From: Squalus acanthias
Lineage: Eukaryota
NCBI GenBank assembly: GCA_030390025.1
Contig: CM059432.1
Span: 146,136,001 to 146,200,000 of the forward strand
Reading direction: 5' to 3'
DNA: 64,000 bases
The first letter of the stretch is position 1, and every line of letters starts with the position of its first letter. The notes under the pieces are model-generated. The model was not told the DNA's origin and ran no database searches. It was given only the letters and a program-made list of their open reading frames with translations. Below are positions 61,665 to 64,000 of this stretch, one piece after another. The translations under genes were made by a program, and so were the position numbers.

Positions 61665-63650
61665 ACATAGACTATACAGCACAGAAACATGCCATTCGTC
61701 CCAACCAGTCCATGTGCCACTTGTGCCTCCTCCCATCCTTCCTAATCTAATTCTATCAGCATAAGCCTCTGTTCCCTTCTCCCTCATATGCTTATCTAGC
61801 TTCCTCTTAAATGCATCTATACTATTTGCCTCAACTACTCCCTGTGGTAGCGAGTTCCACATTCTCACCACTCTCTGGGTAAAGATGTTTCTTCTGAATT
61901 CCCTATTTGACTTCTTGGTGACTATCTTGTATTTATGGCCTCCAGTTTTGCTCTTCCCACAAGTGGAAACGCTCTCACTGTATCTACTCTATCAAAATCT
62001 TTCAGAATTTTAAAGACATCTATTAGGTCATACCTCAGCCTTCTCTTTTCAAGAGAAAAGAGACCCAGCCTGTCCATCCTTTCCTGATAGGTATAACCTC
62101 GCAGTTCTGATATCATCCTTGTAAATCTTTCTTGGAACCTCTCCAGTGTGTCTATATTTTTATAATATGTGACCCCAGAACTGTACACAGTACTCAAGTG
62201 TGGTCTAACCTAGGTTTGATGCAAGTTTAGTGTAACTTCTCTACTTTTCAATTCTATCTCTCTAGAAATAAACCCTAGTGCTTGGTTTGCTTTTTTTTAT
62301 GGCCTTATTAATCTGCGTCGCTACTTTGTAATTTGTGTATTTGTATTCCGAGATCCCTTTGATCTTCTACCCCATTTAGATTCTTATTTTCCAAATAATA
62401 TGTGGCCTCCTTATTTTTATGTGTTGAAATTCATTTGCCAATTATATGTCCAGTCTGCAAATTTATTAATTTCGTCTTGTAATTTGTTGCAGTCCTCCTC
62501 CATATTGAATATCCCTCCCAATTTGGTGTCATCCACAAATTTTGAAATTTTTTTTGATTCCAAAAGCTAAATCGTTAAAATAAATTGTGAACAACAGTGG
62601 TCCCAGTAGTGATCCTTGTGGGATCTCACTTCCCACCTTCTGCCACTCTGAATAGCTACCCTTTACTCCTACTCTCTGCTTTCTGTCGTGCCGCCAGCTA
62701 TCTATTCTGGCACTTGTCTCCTGACTCCGCATGCGCTGACCTTATTAGTCTATTATGTGATACCTTAACGAAAGCCTTTTGGAAATCTAGATATATAGCA
62801 TCTACTACATTACCTTTGTCTACTCTCTCCGTTACCTCTTCAAAGAATTCAGTGAGGTTGGTCAAGCAAAACCTTCCTGTTTGAAATCCATGCTGACTAT
62901 TCATTACAGTTTTAGTTTCTAGATGATTTTCTATTTTCTCCTTTAGTAGGGATTTCATTAATTTTCCTACCACTTATGTTAAGCTGACTGGTCTATAGTT
63001 CCCTGGACATGTTCTATCTCCCTTCTTAAATATAGGTATAATGTTAGCTGTCTGCCAGTCCTCTGGCACTACACCTTTTTCTAACATTATTAAATATGTG
63101 TAATAGTGCCTCTGCTATCTCTTCCTAGATTCTTTTAAAATGCACGGATGGAATCCGTTTGGACCAGGGGTTTTATCCTGAGTTTGATTTAATTTTTTTA
63201 ATTTTTCTCCTTTATTTTAGTTTTAAATGTGGTTATATCATTTCTAATCTCAACTTCAGATGTTATGTCCACCTGATCTGTCTCCCTGGTAAATACTGAA
63301 GCAAAATAATTATTTAAAATTTCTGCCATTTCGCTATCGCTGCCTGTGATTTTTATCCTGTCTGTCCCTTAGTGAACCTATTCCCATCCCAACGTTCCTT
63401 TTTAAAAAAAAATTATGTGCCTGTAGAATATTTAACTATTTTGTTGTATGTTCCTTGTTAATTTAATTTCATAGTTCCTCTTTGCCTTTCTAATTGTTTA
63501 TTTGATTTCTCTCCTAATCTCTTCATATTCTCCCTTGTCATGCTCTCCCCTGCTGTCCATGTACTTAGTGTAAGCCTCTTTCCTTACCCTTAATTGATTC
63601 TTTTTGTCTTTCTTCATCCATGGTGTCTCATTAGTGTTTAGTTTGTTCTT
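61665..63650 (-). mobile_element. Degenerate CR1-type LINE
   Basis: NSQHGFQTGRFCLTNLTEFFEEV, YLDFQKAF, PQGSLLGPLLFTIY. Same subfamily as 2456-3183. Confidence 0.88.
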
Positions 63651-63970
63651 GGTTTTTTAGACGTAAATTGTTATTGCTTTTGCGATCAAAACTTTTTTGC
63701 TGGTTAAAAGACAAATTTCAGTAGAAAATGTGCAGAGTTTCTTGTACAAAGTACAAGCTCGTTAGTCACTCAAATATATAAAAATCATCTTCTGTAAAAT
63801 AGACCTGAAACTTAATGACGTAGGATAGTATCCTTATTGGTTCTACTTCGTACCCTAAGTTTGTGGGTTAATGTATATTCCTGCAATTTATCACTTGTAA
63901 TATTGAGTAATGGAGGTGATTACAAATGGTCACGTAACTTACTTATATAACTGTTCTTTAAATTTCCCAG

Positions 63971-64000
63971 CTTATTCCCGGTGGTGAAGGCCCTGAAGTA
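63971..64000 (+). CDS. LSM5: LSM5 exon 5 (coding part): LIPGGEGPEV; stop expected just beyond the window
   Basis: ttcccag|CTT ATT CCC GGT GGT GAA GGC CCT GAA GTA matches the LSm5 C-terminus. The five exons total 270 nt (90 codons). Confidence 0.95.

Overview
Vertebrate genomic DNA, very probably a cartilaginous fish (shark); this is inferred from its repeat complement of CR1 LINEs, a SacSINE1/DeuSINE-like SINE, Penelope-like elements and abundant PIF/Harbinger elements. Most of the window is transposon-derived. Two spliced host genes lie head-to-head and are largely missed by the ORF track. (i) The first three coding exons of an RGS22-like gene are on the minus strand (39799-39760, 38287-38259, 33009-32947); no further exon was found before the left edge. 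(ii) A 90-codon LSM5 is on the plus strand (5 exons, 54931-64000; the stop is expected just outside the window), and its intron 2 is a U12-type intron with non-canonical GT-GG ends. Highlights: a CR1 LINE copy in LSM5 intron 3 with dense, patchy, strand-specific A-to-G hypermutation that looks like ADAR-hyperedited RNA reverse-transcribed into the germline; a 25-bp minisatellite made from the RGS22 exon-2 splice donor (about 23 tandem units, most with a GTAAGT donor, behind an in-frame stop); a near-intact two-gene Harbinger transposon with two apparent CpG-type lesions; Penelope-associated minimal hammerhead ribozymes; and a 1.6-kb solo LTR with a 4-bp TSD. All family assignments are from recognition of sequence, not from database searches. 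Boundaries of degenerate repeats are approximate.
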